Below are positions 37,981 through 50,960 of a stretch of DNA of 64,000 bases, in pieces (the first letter of the stretch is position 1; the number at the start of each line of letters is the position of its first letter). The stretch is from Camelus ferus. Lineage: Eukaryota. A program made the translations under genes and the position numbers. The notes under the pieces are model-generated. The model was given only the letters and a program-made list of their open reading frames with translations, was not told the DNA's origin and made no database searches. The stretch is taken from positions 6,884,001-6,948,000 of the forward strand of contig NC_045696.1 of the NCBI RefSeq assembly GCF_009834535.1. The letters are read 5' to 3'.

Positions 37981-38251
37981 CACAATAAGATGACCTTGCG
38001 GTGAAATCCCCAGCTCTGATGCTAGGTTAGACAGATGCCTTTCTTTTCCTTCTCAAAGCAAACCAGACTCTCTGAGATGGAATAATGCCTCACACCGCTC
38101 AACACTCTCAACTCGGAGAGGACCCGGGGCTGTGAACCTCCAGCAGGACCCAAGGGGTGGTGGGGCTGAGGGAGTGATTTTAGCCAGGATGATTCCTGAA
38201 ATACTAGCATGACCAGCCATGGTATGATTTCATCAGAAATTTTTGTGTAGC

Positions 38252-38772
38252 CAGAATGGATAAAGAAGAAGTGGTATGTACATACAATGGAATACTATTC
38301 AGCCATAAAAAAGAATAAAATAATGCCATTTGCAGCAACATGGATGGACCTAGAGGTTGTCATTCTAAGTGAAGTAAACCAGAAAGAGAAAGAAGAATAC
38401 CATATGATATCACTCATATGTAGAATCTAAAAAAGAAAAATTAAAAAAGGACACTATAAACTCATCTACAAAACAGAAACAGATTTTCAGACATAGTTAA
38501 CAATCTTCTGGTTACCAGGGAAAGAGGGTGGGAAGGGATAAATTTGGGTGTTTGAGATTTACAAATGTTAATCACTATAAGTAAAAATAGATATAAAACA
38601 AGTTTCTGCTGTATAGCACAGAGAACTATGTTCAATATTTTGTAACAATCTTTAATTTAAAAAATATTAAAATGAATATATATATATGTATATGCATGAC
38701 TGGGACATTGTGTTGTACACCAGAAATCAATACATTGTAAGTAATAATACTTCAATTTTAAAAAATGAAAAA
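38252..38772 (+). mobile_element. 5'-truncated L1 3' end, related to the full-length element
   Basis: ATGCCATTTGCAGCAACATGGATGGACCTAGAG...GGGTGGGAAGGGATA...TACTTCAAT followed by an A-rich tail. Confidence 0.92.
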
Positions 38773-39946
38773 AAATTATAATATTATCATATAGTAAATC
38801 TGTAGATGTGTGACTACCTTGAATTCTACAGAGAAAGATTTTTGCAGAAAATAAAGTCACCAATTAGACATAAATAGCCAACAGCATCCCAGGACATGGC
38901 CTCAGCCTAGCTTTCCTGCATATCACAGCAGGACACGCTCACTCCCAACTCAAACCCTGAATGTTGGGTTGGTCCCCAGACTCGCCATTACCTGGGAGAT
39001 GCAGGCTGCGGTGGAGGCGGGTATGGTTTTTGATGTGCAGCTTGTCTGACATCTTGAGGCCCTGCAGGGTCTACAGTGGCCCAGGGCTGCCACATCTGCT
39101 TGTCAGCCAGAAAGGAGGCACCACCATTCGCCACGTTCTCCCAGTGGGGCTCTGGGCCTGCAGAACAAAAGCATGCTGTGTAAAATGGGCATACTCTAAA
39201 ACGTGACGACTGCCATTGAATTTCCCACAGTCCTTGACCTTCAGGGTCACATATTTGTGACTTGAAGGCTTGAGAAGCTCATTGCAGGGCTCAACTGTTG
39301 CATTGCTTTTGATTGGTTTAATCTAATTATGGCTTGTAGTTTTCTGTTCACTTTTCTCAAGGCCATGGGAAAAGGGACTAAATCATCCCCAACTACATCA
39401 CCAGTGGCTCTAATGAAGGTAATTTTCCCAAAGATTATAAAACACTAGCTTCACTACACTCAGTGCCCCTGATATATGGGTTAAGTGTAGGTCATTAGAT
39501 GTTCAAAGTTGTCCCCAAATGCACAGATATGTTAGTGACTTCAAAGTAAGTCAAACCTCATAAAGATTTCCCAAGAAAATGGAGAAAGAAATTGAAAAAT
39601 ATTCTAGACAGTTACAGAATGTTTTCTAATTATGCCGAGAGAAAATGTCTTAAATATCCTATTAAAAGTTGTTTCTGTTTACTACTCCCAAAATACTAAA
39701 ACAGTATGACCTACAAATATTTTACATGCCTTTACAGAAATGTTCGTTAGCCACTTAACCTGCAAAAATGGAATACAAAAACTACTTCTAGTGAAGTTTA
39801 AGGTTTAGCTCTCCATGGTTTCTTGATTGGTTATCTTATTCATCTTACAATTTATTACTCTCAAAAAGGCAAAAATACATTGCATATATTAAAATGTTTT
39901 CTTTGTCCTACTGACTAGAGAAAAGTTTTTTATAGTTGTGAATTTA

Positions 39947-40085
39947 ATTTTTTTTTAATTTTTTTGTGGGAGGAGGTAATTAAGTTTATTTATTTATTTC
40001 TTTTAGAGGAGGTACTGGGGATGGAACCCAGGACCTTGTACATACTAGTCATGTGTTCTACCACCTGAGCTATATCCTCCCCCTC
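39947..40085 (-). mobile_element. tRNA-Ala-derived SINE (vic-1 type)
   Basis: Reverse-complement tRNA head and tail. 16-nt TSD TATAGTTGT(G/A)AATTTA at 39931-39946 and 40086-40101. Confidence 0.9.
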
Positions 40086-40749
40086 TATAGTTGTAAATTT
40101 AGATCAGAACCATTATCGTCAATAACTAGAAAATGGGGGTAATAAATTTTCATTCAAAACTTGAGTTTATAAGGTAAATATATCCTGATCATTTACCAAA
40201 TCAACTTGAAAGCCCCCCCTAAGTTTGAAAACTGTCTAATCAGGAGATGCCCCTAGCAGGACTGAGGGAAGCAAGACCTTGAAATCATCCAGACCCAGGA
40301 TGGAGCACTGGCTTTGCCGTTTACTGGGTGATCTTGGATGTGTCCTAATCTCTTTTATCATGTCAGCTGCCTAATTTGCAGAAATGTGGACTAGAGCACT
40401 GGTCACACAGGGCTATGGAGAGAATTAAATCAGGCCACGTTCACAGCGTCTGACTTATATTAGACTCTTGATTAGTTTCATTTCTCATTTCCATCTTCTT
40501 TTGTTAACTAAGAGTGGAAAGATCTAAATTGAATTCTAGGTCCCCCACTCTGCTCCCTACTTGGGTTACACCACTTCCGCTCTCTCTGGACCCCTCACTT
40601 GCAAAGGCAAGGATTACCATTTCAATTTTTTACCAGCCAGTTGCTGGGGCTTCTTCCCATCTCAGCCAGGACAGGTTATGGGGAAGCAGAAAATTGATTC
40701 ACTGGGCAAACATGCTCGGGTCTCTGTGGACCAGTCTCCAACCTACATC

Positions 40750-41226
40750 ATATTAGTTTCCTAGGGACCATAATCAATCGTCACAAACTGGGGTGGGGGG
40801 AGGGAGGGCTTCAAACAACAGAACCTTGCTCTCTCACAATTCTAAAGGACAGAAGTTCAAAATCAAGGTGTTGGCAGGTGCTCCCTCTGAAACCTGTAGG
40901 AGAGAATCCTTCTCACCTCTTCCAGCTTCTGGTGGCTGCTGGCAGCCTTGGCGTTGCTTGGCATGTAACTGCAGAATCTCAGTCTTTGCCTCCACATTGC
41001 AAGACCTTCTCCTGTGCATCTTCACATTGTCTTCTTCCTGTGTCTATCAATTTTCCTTTTCCAAGGACACCAGTCATAGGACTAGAGCTTATCCTAACCC
41101 AGTATCCCCTGGTCTTAACTTTCTTACTTCTGCAAAGACCCTATATCCTAATAAGGTCACAATCACAGAGAGTGGGTATTAGGACTTGAATGTATCTTTG
41201 GAGGGGACACAGTTTAACCCACAACA
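40750..41226 (-). mobile_element. MLT1 (MaLR) LTR
   Basis: TATTAGTTTCCTAGGG...CTCTCACAATTCT...TCTGCAAAGACCCTAT...AACCCACAACA. Confidence 0.85.
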
Positions 41227-41514
41227 AGGGTGACTAGGGCCCTCAGAAAGCTCGCATCACAGAGAGAGACAGCAAACAGACCAAATTCAGAGCACAAAGG
41301 CGAGAGACCCTTGGCTCCTGTGCTCTGGGGCACTGAATGCCATCAGAGAATGGAGATGGCAACTGAGATTGGCAAAGCATATTTTTCCTTTTACCATCAT
41401 CATTAACTTTACTAAATAACAATTTTCAAACAATTTGCAAAATTCAAGCAGAAAAACAGGACCACTTTGGGAATCCCAGTATCACTCTTCAGAGGTGATT
41501 TTTTTCTCATATAA

Positions 41515-42345
41515 TTTTTTTATTGAAATGAAATTCATACCAAACAATTCACATTTCTAATGTATACAACGTAGTAGTTTTTAACACATTCACAGAATTG
41601 TGGAATCATCACCACTACCTCATGCTAGGACATCCACCACCCCAAAAGGAAACTCTGCCTGTGTTAGCAGTCCTTCCAAGATTCCCCCATCCCTGGCAAT
41701 CACTAACCTACATCCTAACTCTACAGATTTCCTGTTACAGATATTTCATATAAGTGGAATTGTCTAAATATGGCTTTTCACATCCAGTTTCTTTTACTTG
41801 GCATAATGTTTTCAAGGTTCATTCATATTATGTCCTTTTTCTAGCTGTATAATATTCCATTGTATGGGTATCCTGTATTCTATTTATCCATTCATCAATT
41901 AATGGACATTTAGTTATTTCCACTTTTTTGGCTATTATAAATATCCTGCTAGGAATATGCATGTGGTAATTTTTGTGTGGGCATATGTTTTCAGTTCTTT
42001 TAACTATATACCTAGAAATGGGATTTCTGGGTCTTATGGTAACTCTATGTTTCAGTTTTTGAGGAAGTGCCAATACATCGTCCAAAGCTGTTGCACCATT
42101 TTACAAACCTACAGGCAATGAATGGGTTTCCAATTTCCCCACGTCCTCACCAACCCTTGTTATTGTCCACCTTTTGGATCATAGGCATCCTGGTGGGGGT
42201 GAAGTTGTAGCTCACTGAGGTTTTGATTTGCATTTCCTTAGTGACTAATGATGTTGAGCATCTTTTCATGTACTTATGAGTGATTTTTAAATCTTCTTTG
42301 AGGAACTCTCTTCAAATCCCTTGCCCATTTTTTAATTGGGTGTAC
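41515..42345 (-). mobile_element. L1MB-like 3' fragment
   Basis: TTTTTTATTGAAATGAAATTCA...GTTTTGATTTGCATTTCC; degenerate ORF2 C-terminus in ORF 41828..42085. Confidence 0.88.
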
Positions 42346-43684
42346 TTTTGTTCACACAGATTTTGAACCCAGAAATAAAAATTCAAAGAGGGAGGTTTGG
42401 AAAGAAGCAGACTTATTATCTGATTAGCAGGCGTTTTCTGTGCAAAGGATCCCCACTCATTGAGGCCTGACCCCCTTTCTCCATGCCCCTGGCCACCGGG
42501 AAGTCAGGAGTCAGATGGAGAGGAGCCCAAAAGGTGAGCCCAGCACAAGTGCCATGAGAGAAACAAAGTGGATAGAACATTGCTATTTCCTCAAGTGGAA
42601 AGTAGGTGTCATTTGTTCATTTTAATTGGAAATAGAATCCCACTTTCTCGTCATTCTGCCTTCTGGTCAATTATCTGTCATGGAGAGGGTGGGGAGGTTT
42701 GCTTCTCCACCAGTTTGAGGGAGTAATTATCAGCCACAGTGGTGATGGCTACAGAACCATCTCGAAAAGTACATTCCCATGATGAAATACTGCCTTACAC
42801 TGTCCTAAGAACACTCTTAAGCCAATTAAAGTGGCAGGAATTATGACAAATGCTGCAATTATGATTCAGGCAGACTGACGACAACCCATGAATCTTCCGC
42901 CGCGACTCCGGTCCTGGCGTCCCTCAGACTTATTTCTACGGTGAAACGATGTCTCGTTCTATTAAGTACATTTGGAGATCACTCAAATGCTGTGTTATGG
43001 GAAGTGTGGATTTGAGGTCATAGATTCTCAGCCACCAACTGCCGCCAGAAGGAAAGCACTAAAATGGGAAATTAAGCTTCACAGCCTACTCAGCTGTTCT
43101 GTGGCCATAGGAGTGGAAGGACGTCCCTGGCAGGGTGGTGGGTTGATTTTTTTTTTTCTCTCCACCTCATGCCTGCTCTTCCAACTGGCCCTGGAGAGAA
43201 GAATATAAATTTTGATATAATTGTCAAAAGCCTGAAGCTTGACTGGCTCCCTGTGCTATGATAACAGTCAGCTGAGAAAGTCACCTATTTGAAACTCACC
43301 ACCTTCAAAAGGCTTTCAAAGTGCTCACCAAGGCTGATAGACTTAAGCCCTGCTGTGACTCCAGGGCAAAGAAGCCAGGAGCCAAGGGTCTGAGTGAGTG
43401 CATGAGGCAGACGACCCCACTGGTCATTGGATGGAAGATTCTAGAATCTGCACATGCAAATTATTACCGCTGTGTTGACCGATTCATTAACCACTGTAGA
43501 CACACTTTCTCTTCTCCTTGTGTATTTCCTTCAGTGCAGGTCTTTCTATGGTCTTGTATGAGCCTCGAACTGATTAAAATGTTCTTTTCCAGACAGATGG
43601 CTACAAAATACCTAAATCTGTGCACCTTAAGCCACTCCCAGCAACAGGAAACTCATATCGATTTATTCCCTTCCAGTTCTTGCA

Positions 43685-44070
43685 GCTAAAAGTCTAAAAT
43701 GTGTTGGCCTGCCTGAGTTCTTTCCGGAGGTTTTAGAAAGAATCTATTTTCTTGCCTTTTCTAATTTCTAGAGCCACCATAGTCCTTGGCTCGTGGCCCC
43801 ATACTTCATCTTCAAAGCCATCAGTGTAGCATCTTCTGATCTCTCTCTCTGCTTCTGTCATCACATTACCTTTGACTTTTTCTGCCCATCCTGCCTTCCC
43901 CTTGTGATGACATTTAGGGCCCATCCAGTAAATCCAGGAGAATGTCCCCATGTCAACAGCCTTAACTTTATCCCACCTGCAAAGTCCCTTTTCACTGTAA
44001 GATGACACCCACTTGTTCTGAGGACTAGGATGTGGACATTTTGGGGGGGGTCTGTTAATCAGCCTGCCAT
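43685..44070 (-). mobile_element. MLT1 (MaLR) LTR, partial
   Basis: CTTGCCTTTTCTAATTTCTAGAG...ACCTGCAAAGTCCCTTTT...GGATGTGGACATT. Confidence 0.8.
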
Positions 44071-45555
44071 ATACTCCCCAACCTGAACACCAGGGAATTT
44101 GGGAGCCTCTCCCCCTTTGAAAGCATTTGCTTCTCACTTTGGAGGGGGAGACTGAGGAAAAATCCACCTGATGAGTAAACACTGGAAGGATGCTCAGACA
44201 CTCCATCCCTGCCGTGGCGTTTCCTCTGCCAGAGGCAGCTATGGGCCCTGACACACAGTGATGTCAAAGCCCTAAGCCTCCTCTCTGTCTGTGGGAAGAG
44301 CTGAGAGCTTGCTGTCACCTCCAGCTATACCACTCACAGGTCACAGGCTGCATAATTTGGGGCCAACCACAGCTACACTGAGCATAGTTTCTGTAGCTAC
44401 TGTCTCATCAACACATTTTGGGGACAGTGTCTTTCATACCGACCACAAAAGCTGACTGGGAGGAAGACTTTTGAGATAACTTATGTGAAGGGGCTTTTAG
44501 AAGTAAAATGATTGTTGAACATTATCTTCTTTGTCCCAACCACCCCCCTTGAGTTAGGGGAAAGGCAGATGTCTCCACTTATGGTGGAGAGAAATACAAG
44601 CGTCAAAGAATCAAGGCAGAGATAAGCCCCTGCCCTCGGGAACCCCTGCTTTTGGCGGTGGGGCCGATGGAGGTTCACACAGAAACAACCACAGGGTAAG
44701 AGTCAAAAAAGCTCTGTGAAAAGTGCTAAGTGCACACAGAATGCAGGCACGCCAACCAAGCTTCCCCAAGTGCTGCTCTGAATATGAGAAGACAGTGTCC
44801 AGGGCAGGGCCTTGGTAGAATCCTCATTGTTCTCTGCAAGTTTTGTACACAGTGGATGCTCAAAAAGTATTCACTTGGTATCAAACCACAGACAGTAAGT
44901 GAAGCCAGAAAAAAAATTGGGACTATTTGTAAGATGACTCAAGCAAAATAGGGATGTAATTTGATCCAGAATATCTGGGAGACTGAAGCCAAAGAGTTAA
45001 GTTCAAATAGCCAGACTGTGTAGAAGGGACCCTGGTTATCTGAGAAGTGGAGGGCTGAGTAAGGAAGTAGAAGATGTCATAAACAAGAACATCCCCCAGA
45101 GAGCTGGATACTTTTAATAATTGGTCCACCCGCTATCACCAACGTCTGTCTCCCCCAACCCTCATCAACCCCCAATAGAGGCGTTAAATCCTTTGTCGTC
45201 GAGTCTCTGCATCATGGATGCTGCCTGGTACTCATCACAAGTGGGTGACAGAGGGAAATGTGAAATCCTGCAATAGAGGCAGGATTTCACAAAGTCAATC
45301 AATGGCGATCAAGTGGGTTGGAAATCTCCCATCACAGGGGAAATCATTGATATATGACAGCTTGGCAGAGATGGGCCCTTGACAACCAAAGAGAGGTGAT
45401 GATGGAGAAGATGGCAAAGAGGAGGTACCTTCAGAGAGAATCAGAGGTTATCCAGAGCCCTTGGAGAAGCAAAGCTTCTGCATGTTTCTGCAGTGCTGGC
45501 CCTGTTTATGACCTTCCTGATACTCTCACTATATAAAATGAAGGCATCTAAAAGT

Positions 45556-45594
45556 AAAATAAAATAAAATAAAATAAAATAAAATAAAATAAAA
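45556..45594. repeat. (AAAAT)n pentanucleotide repeat
   Basis: Read directly. Confidence 0.95.
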
Positions 45595-45726
45595 GGTGAT
45601 CTGATTGCACTAACATACAGTGTTGCCAGAAAAATCACGCCAGTGAAAAATAATCAACACTTAATTCTTGCTTTTTTCCTAAGAATTTGTGCATAGTTGA
45701 AGTTATAACCAAAACATGTTCTAATC

Positions 45727-45892
45727 GAGGAGATATAGCTCAGTGGTAGAGCACGTGTTCAGCATACACGAGGCTTTGGGTTCAATCCCCAGTACCTCCA
45801 TAAATAAATAAATAAATAAATAAACCTAATTACCTCCCCTGCCCTCCCAAAACAAAGCTAAGGAGTGTGAAAAAGAAGGTATTTTTAAAAAA
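45727..45892 (+). mobile_element. tRNA-Ala-derived SINE (vic-1 type) with longer 3' tail
   Basis: ATAGCTCAGTGGTAGAGC...GGGTTCAATCCCCAGTACCTCC, (TAAA)n, CCTAATTACCTCCC. TSD-like AAAA(G)CATGTTC on both sides. Confidence 0.88.
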
Positions 45893-46932
45893 GCATGTTC
45901 AGTGGAAGATAATGTAAACTTATTTACAGAGTTTTTGTTTCAGTTTTCAAGATCAAGTCTCAACAACCATACTTTTCTTTTCTTTTTTTTTCCCCCACTA
46001 TTCAGCCTGAAGTGTTGGTCCCCATTTTATTTAAGCGGATTCCCTCGTGGCCCTTCCCCAGCCTGATGAGGGCTTCCCACCCTCCATCCTCCCCACCCAC
46101 CATCCCATGTGAGATCAGTGGTACCTTGGCCAGCAGTCAGCACACGCCCTGCCCAGGTACCTACGAAGAAGTCTCTACTCCAGCAAAGCTGGGCAGTTTG
46201 TTCCGGGCAAATCTTCCTTTTGCTCTTGGAGAATGCTCCAATTCCAATTTATTTTAAGACTAGCTGAGACTTATAGCAAAGGAATGAGCCTCTTCTTAAC
46301 AACGTCTAGGATAAATTTGTCAGCAGCTCTTGGTGCCCTCTTAGGGGTGATAAGTCCAAGATTTAAAAGCTAAAGGGGTTTGGGTGCCTCTCTTAGCAAA
46401 AGCCACATTTCCACAGGAATTTTTAAAGGAAAAAAAAACCATAAAAGGGTAACTTTAAAATAGAGCTAGGGAGAAGAATCTATTGTGATAGTGCTCCCTT
46501 GAAATTAGGACTTTTGAGGGAAATACTCAAACCAAACCACATTTTTTGAAATATAAGTGATGGGTAATCAGTAATCCTTCTCCATCTCGTGTAAGACATT
46601 GAGCAGAAGTTCCAGAAATAAGCAAGTTATTTGGGGAGAACTTGGGACCAATATTTCAGTAGATATTTTCTAGGTGTATGTTCTTTTCTACAAGATGGAA
46701 ATATTTCATGTCTTTATATATAAAGTTTTGTGATCCAAACTGCAGTTGGCTGAGCTGTTACTTCTTCCACCCCAAGAAGAAGAGCGTGCTCTGGCCTGTT
46801 GGCCATAATTACTGCTTGGAGGGGGCTCACCTTCTCAAGGGACCAAGAGGAGGAATGGTCATCCTTGGAACACCTTTCCTCACCTGCCCCCACCACCCAG
46901 CCCTTCCCCTGAAAATACACAAACCTTGCTGC

Positions 46933-47430
46933 TGTTAAAGAGAAAATTATCCAATGGCACTTGTTAAAGAACAGTAAGGTGGACTTGCTTCAAGGAGGGC
47001 TGTCGCCATAGGCATACACAGAGGCTACCGCGGTGGGGTCTTGCAGGGGAAAGAGAAGTTGGGCTCGACTCCGAGTGCAGCGTGGGCAAGTGGGAATTGC
47101 AGCCAAGGAGGATGGGGAATTGCTAAGAGGAAACATCAGGAGTGAGGGGGAGTTCTGGCTAAAGTGACCTAACAGGATTCTTGCTGAAGGCTGACAGGGA
47201 TGATCAGACATCCCCTGGGGGGCCATGGAGGAACCTGATCAGATAAGGAGGGTAATTAGATATCAGTGGATCGGGAGCACTTCTGGTTCTGGTTAAACTG
47301 AGTTAACAGAATCCTTGCTAAGATTGGATAATGCAGGGATAAACACAGAAGTACAAAAGTCAAGACCTAGATGAAAAAGAGCACAGGGGACCCCAAGTGG
47401 AGTTTGGTCAAGGAGAGAATCTTTGTTGCA
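46933..47430 (-). mobile_element. Older ERV1-type LTR (MER31/MER67-like)
   Basis: Termini TGTTAAAGAGAAAATTATCC and AGTTTGGTCAAGGAGAGAATCTTTGT resemble this LTR group; subfamily uncertain. Confidence 0.65.
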
Positions 47431-47565
47431 CCAGCCTCCCTGTTTCTGGCTTCTCCTGCCCCTGACCCTTGTCTTCTTCTCCCCCTTCCCACCCCATTGC
47501 TGGAGCCTGAGCCCCCCTATGACAGATAACTAGCCAAGGTGCTGCCCCTCCAAGAAGTGCTATGC

Positions 47566-48092
47566 TTTTTCTTAACAGCTTTATTGAGATATAATTCACA
47601 TACCATACAATTTATTCATTTAAAGTGGATAGATCATTGGGTTTAGTATATTCTCAGATATGTGCAACCATCACTGATGTCAATTTTAGAAGATTTTTAT
47701 CAACTCAAAAAGAAATCTCAAACTCTTTACCTATCACCTCCCCATCTCCAGTGTCCCCCAGCCCTAAGCAACCACTGACAGATTTCTTACTGTCTCAACA
47801 GATTTCCCTGTTCTGGACTTTTATGTGAATATAATCATACAATGTGTGCTCCTTTTTGACTGGCTTCTTTCACAGAGCATGTTTGCCCATCCATGTTGTA
47901 GCGTGTATCAACTCTTCATTCTTTTTATGACTGGATTATACTCCATTGTATGGATAGACCATGTTTTAGTTATCCATTTGTCAGCTGATGGACATTTGGA
48001 TCTTTTCCATCTTTTGGCTATTGTGAATAATGCTGTGATGAACATCATTCTGTGAGTTCTTGTGTGGATGTAGGTTTAATTTCTCTTGGGAC
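47566..48092 (-). mobile_element. L1MB/MC-like 3' fragment
   Basis: AACAGCTTTATTGAGATATAATTCACATACCATACAATT...GATGGACATTTGG. Confidence 0.88.
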
Positions 48093-50759
48093 AGCACCAT
48101 GATTTAGCCACATTCAAGTGCACAATTTCCAAAAAGACTTCTTAAGGAGATGCCAGCGGTAGGACTCATGAGACATGGGGTCTACAGGGAGGAAGATTCA
48201 AGGCAAAGACAGAGCCTTTTCTGGGTCTCCCCAGACCCCATGTGTATGTCTGCCTTCCCTACTTGTGACGGAAGCACAGGGTAAGGGTTTGGAAAAAGAG
48301 GAACAACCACTTGCTGACCACTGTTCCAAGACCAGTAACTTCTGTTTCTGGGTTTCTGCTTCTTCATCTCTAAATCAGTACTAAAAATAGATAGACTTTA
48401 TAGAATTGTTGTATTATTAGAACGATGTAAGAGGGAACTCTCAGCACAGTGCCCAGTATAGAGCAGTAACTTAATAGGTTATCAATTAGGAAGCTCTCAA
48501 CTACAGCTGAGGAATTGTCTGACTAACGTGACTTGAATACTCAGGGATCGTTGATAAATCACACATACGAGACGTTCAGAGCTCCGCAGCTGTAGATACT
48601 CTGGGCTGTCATGAGTCCATTTCCCTTTGCTTTTCTTGGCCTTCTCTTGGAGCTAAGATGGCTGACATGGCTCCACACATCATATCCTGCCTCACCCAGA
48701 TTCAAAAGCAGGAAGGAGCAGGAAGAGTCTTCTCCTCTCTCATTTTATCCCCACCCACTTCATCTGCCAACTTTCCCTCAGGAATGGAAAACATAGCCAA
48801 GCCCTAGTTGTAAGGCTGGAAAAGTGGATGTCTGGCACTTGAAATTTCTGTTGTGGATGGTAGACCCAAAAGGGGAAAAAAAAGAGGTAGAGAAATGTCT
48901 GTCGGTAGCAAGTCAACAATGTCACCATTTTGTTTTTATTATTGGTAAAATCCTGTGTCATGGAAATGCAACTACATAAATTGTTGATTCTGAAACTTAT
49001 ATTCTATTGCCCATTTACATCCAACGGTGGGTTTCACAAACTGTCACGACTACACAAGCAATCTCACTTTTTTACTGTTTGCATCTCACACCCAAATCCT
49101 TCTGCACTGTAGCTCCTAAAAGGCACAAAAGAGAATCCAGAGAAGACACCTTATCGCCAGCTGCAGCCACGCAGATGAATAACATACGGGTTCGGTGTCT
49201 GGTAATGAGACCTGACTGGGGTTGGGGAGGGTCCTCTTTTGAAAATGACCTTAAATCTCAGTGTCAGAACCAGGAGGTCTCTCAGAGACCATCTCATCCA
49301 AGTACTTCACTTTGTGTGGGGAAGAACAAAGCTAGAATTAGACCCAAATACTTCTGAATGAAGCGAAGGTTGGTTCTGTCTGTGGCCACTCACGCCAGGC
49401 TACTGGCCTTGAACCTGCCACCTTAGACTTCCAAAACAGCCAGCCACTTTGCGCCTTGACACTGAAGTCAATCTTTCCTTGGGTTCATGGGCTTAATCTA
49501 TTTTAATGGATTAATCCATCTTAATATCACTTTAATTTTGCTTAGTCTCCAACACACCAAGCTCCTAAGAGAGAGAAAGGGGAGGGTCATTGATCCAGCT
49601 AAGAGCAAATCCTTCAGTTTGCTGACACATCTTGGAACCTTTTCACTTCCATGCAATATCCATAAAAAAGACAGGAAGAAAGATCCAGACGCAACCTTGT
49701 GTTAAGGCAAACATAAACCCCACTTTGTGGCCCCGAAGAATGAACAATAGCCAATCAGAGTTCTATTCTGTCACAGAAGACCCTAGCCTTTCTCATGTTG
49801 TTTTTAAAAGGTTGTCCCTTCATCTCAGTATTCCACAGAACTTATAATTTTTCTACATCTTAAATGCAAGGAGCAAGATAAGACTACATCGTACTGCATT
49901 AAAACAGGAAGAAATCTCAGGGGGTTCACACCTAGGAAAATCTCTTAACCCCTTATGGCTCTATTTCCTGATCTATAAAACAGGCATAATAAAATTACAC
50001 CCACCCAGCAAGAGATAATTATTTAATTTTCTTTCTTTTCTTTTTTTAAACTACAAAAGATTGTGATTGAATTCCATCTGGCGATCTCCCCTTCCCACAG
50101 GCCTAACTCAAGGAACTTCCACTGTCCTTCTTAGAAATGGAACCCTGCTCTGAGGGCTAATGTAGCCTCTTCCTGTCCTAATTTCACCCCAGCACCTCCT
50201 GCTGTACCAGCTGTAAATCACAAATGGGAAAGTTTCCATAAAGTGACCTTTCATCTTCCCACAGGCGTCGTGGGGAAAATGTCTCCACGTGAACCAGTCT
50301 TCCAGATAACAGAATTCACCCCTTAATAGTGCCAACACTTTGGTGTCATTTTATTATCTGGATGGAAATTTTTCTAAAATATGTTACATGTCTCCCCACC
50401 TCCTATAGGTAGAGTTCAGACTGAGAATAATTTAACCTTCTGTCTGTGATTCTGTGTCCGTATTATGGACATACTTTAACCTAAGACATAGAGTTATGTT
50501 TGAATTTTAGTTTTGCTGTTTCCAACTTCAAATCAGCCACACCTGCCTCTAAGCCCTAGAAGAGTAGGGTTTATATGATCACTACCCAGACATTGAACCC
50601 ACTCATAGACAGACTTGCATCCCTCCCATGGATACCCACTGCCTTAATTTTTCTAATGTTATTAAATAGCAGATACAGACACAAAATAAGTATACTGTTG
50701 AAAAGTCATTTGAAATAATTAGGAAATCAACATTAACTAGGCATCTGCTTTCACCAGCC

Positions 50760-50960
50760 TTCAGTGTAAGCACTTCATCTGTATTATTTCACCTAGCTGC
50801 TAAAACAACCCTTTGAGGTGGGAATTATTTCACTATTTTCACTTTATAGACGAGGAAACTGAGACACGAGGGGTTCAGGGATTGACACAAAGTCAGACAG
50901 CCAAGAAGAAGATCTTAACTTCCAACTCAGACAGTCTGTTCCAGAGACGTCACCTCTATT
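50760..50960 (-). mobile_element. MIR
   Basis: TTTATAGACGAGGAAACTGAGACAC core. Confidence 0.75.
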
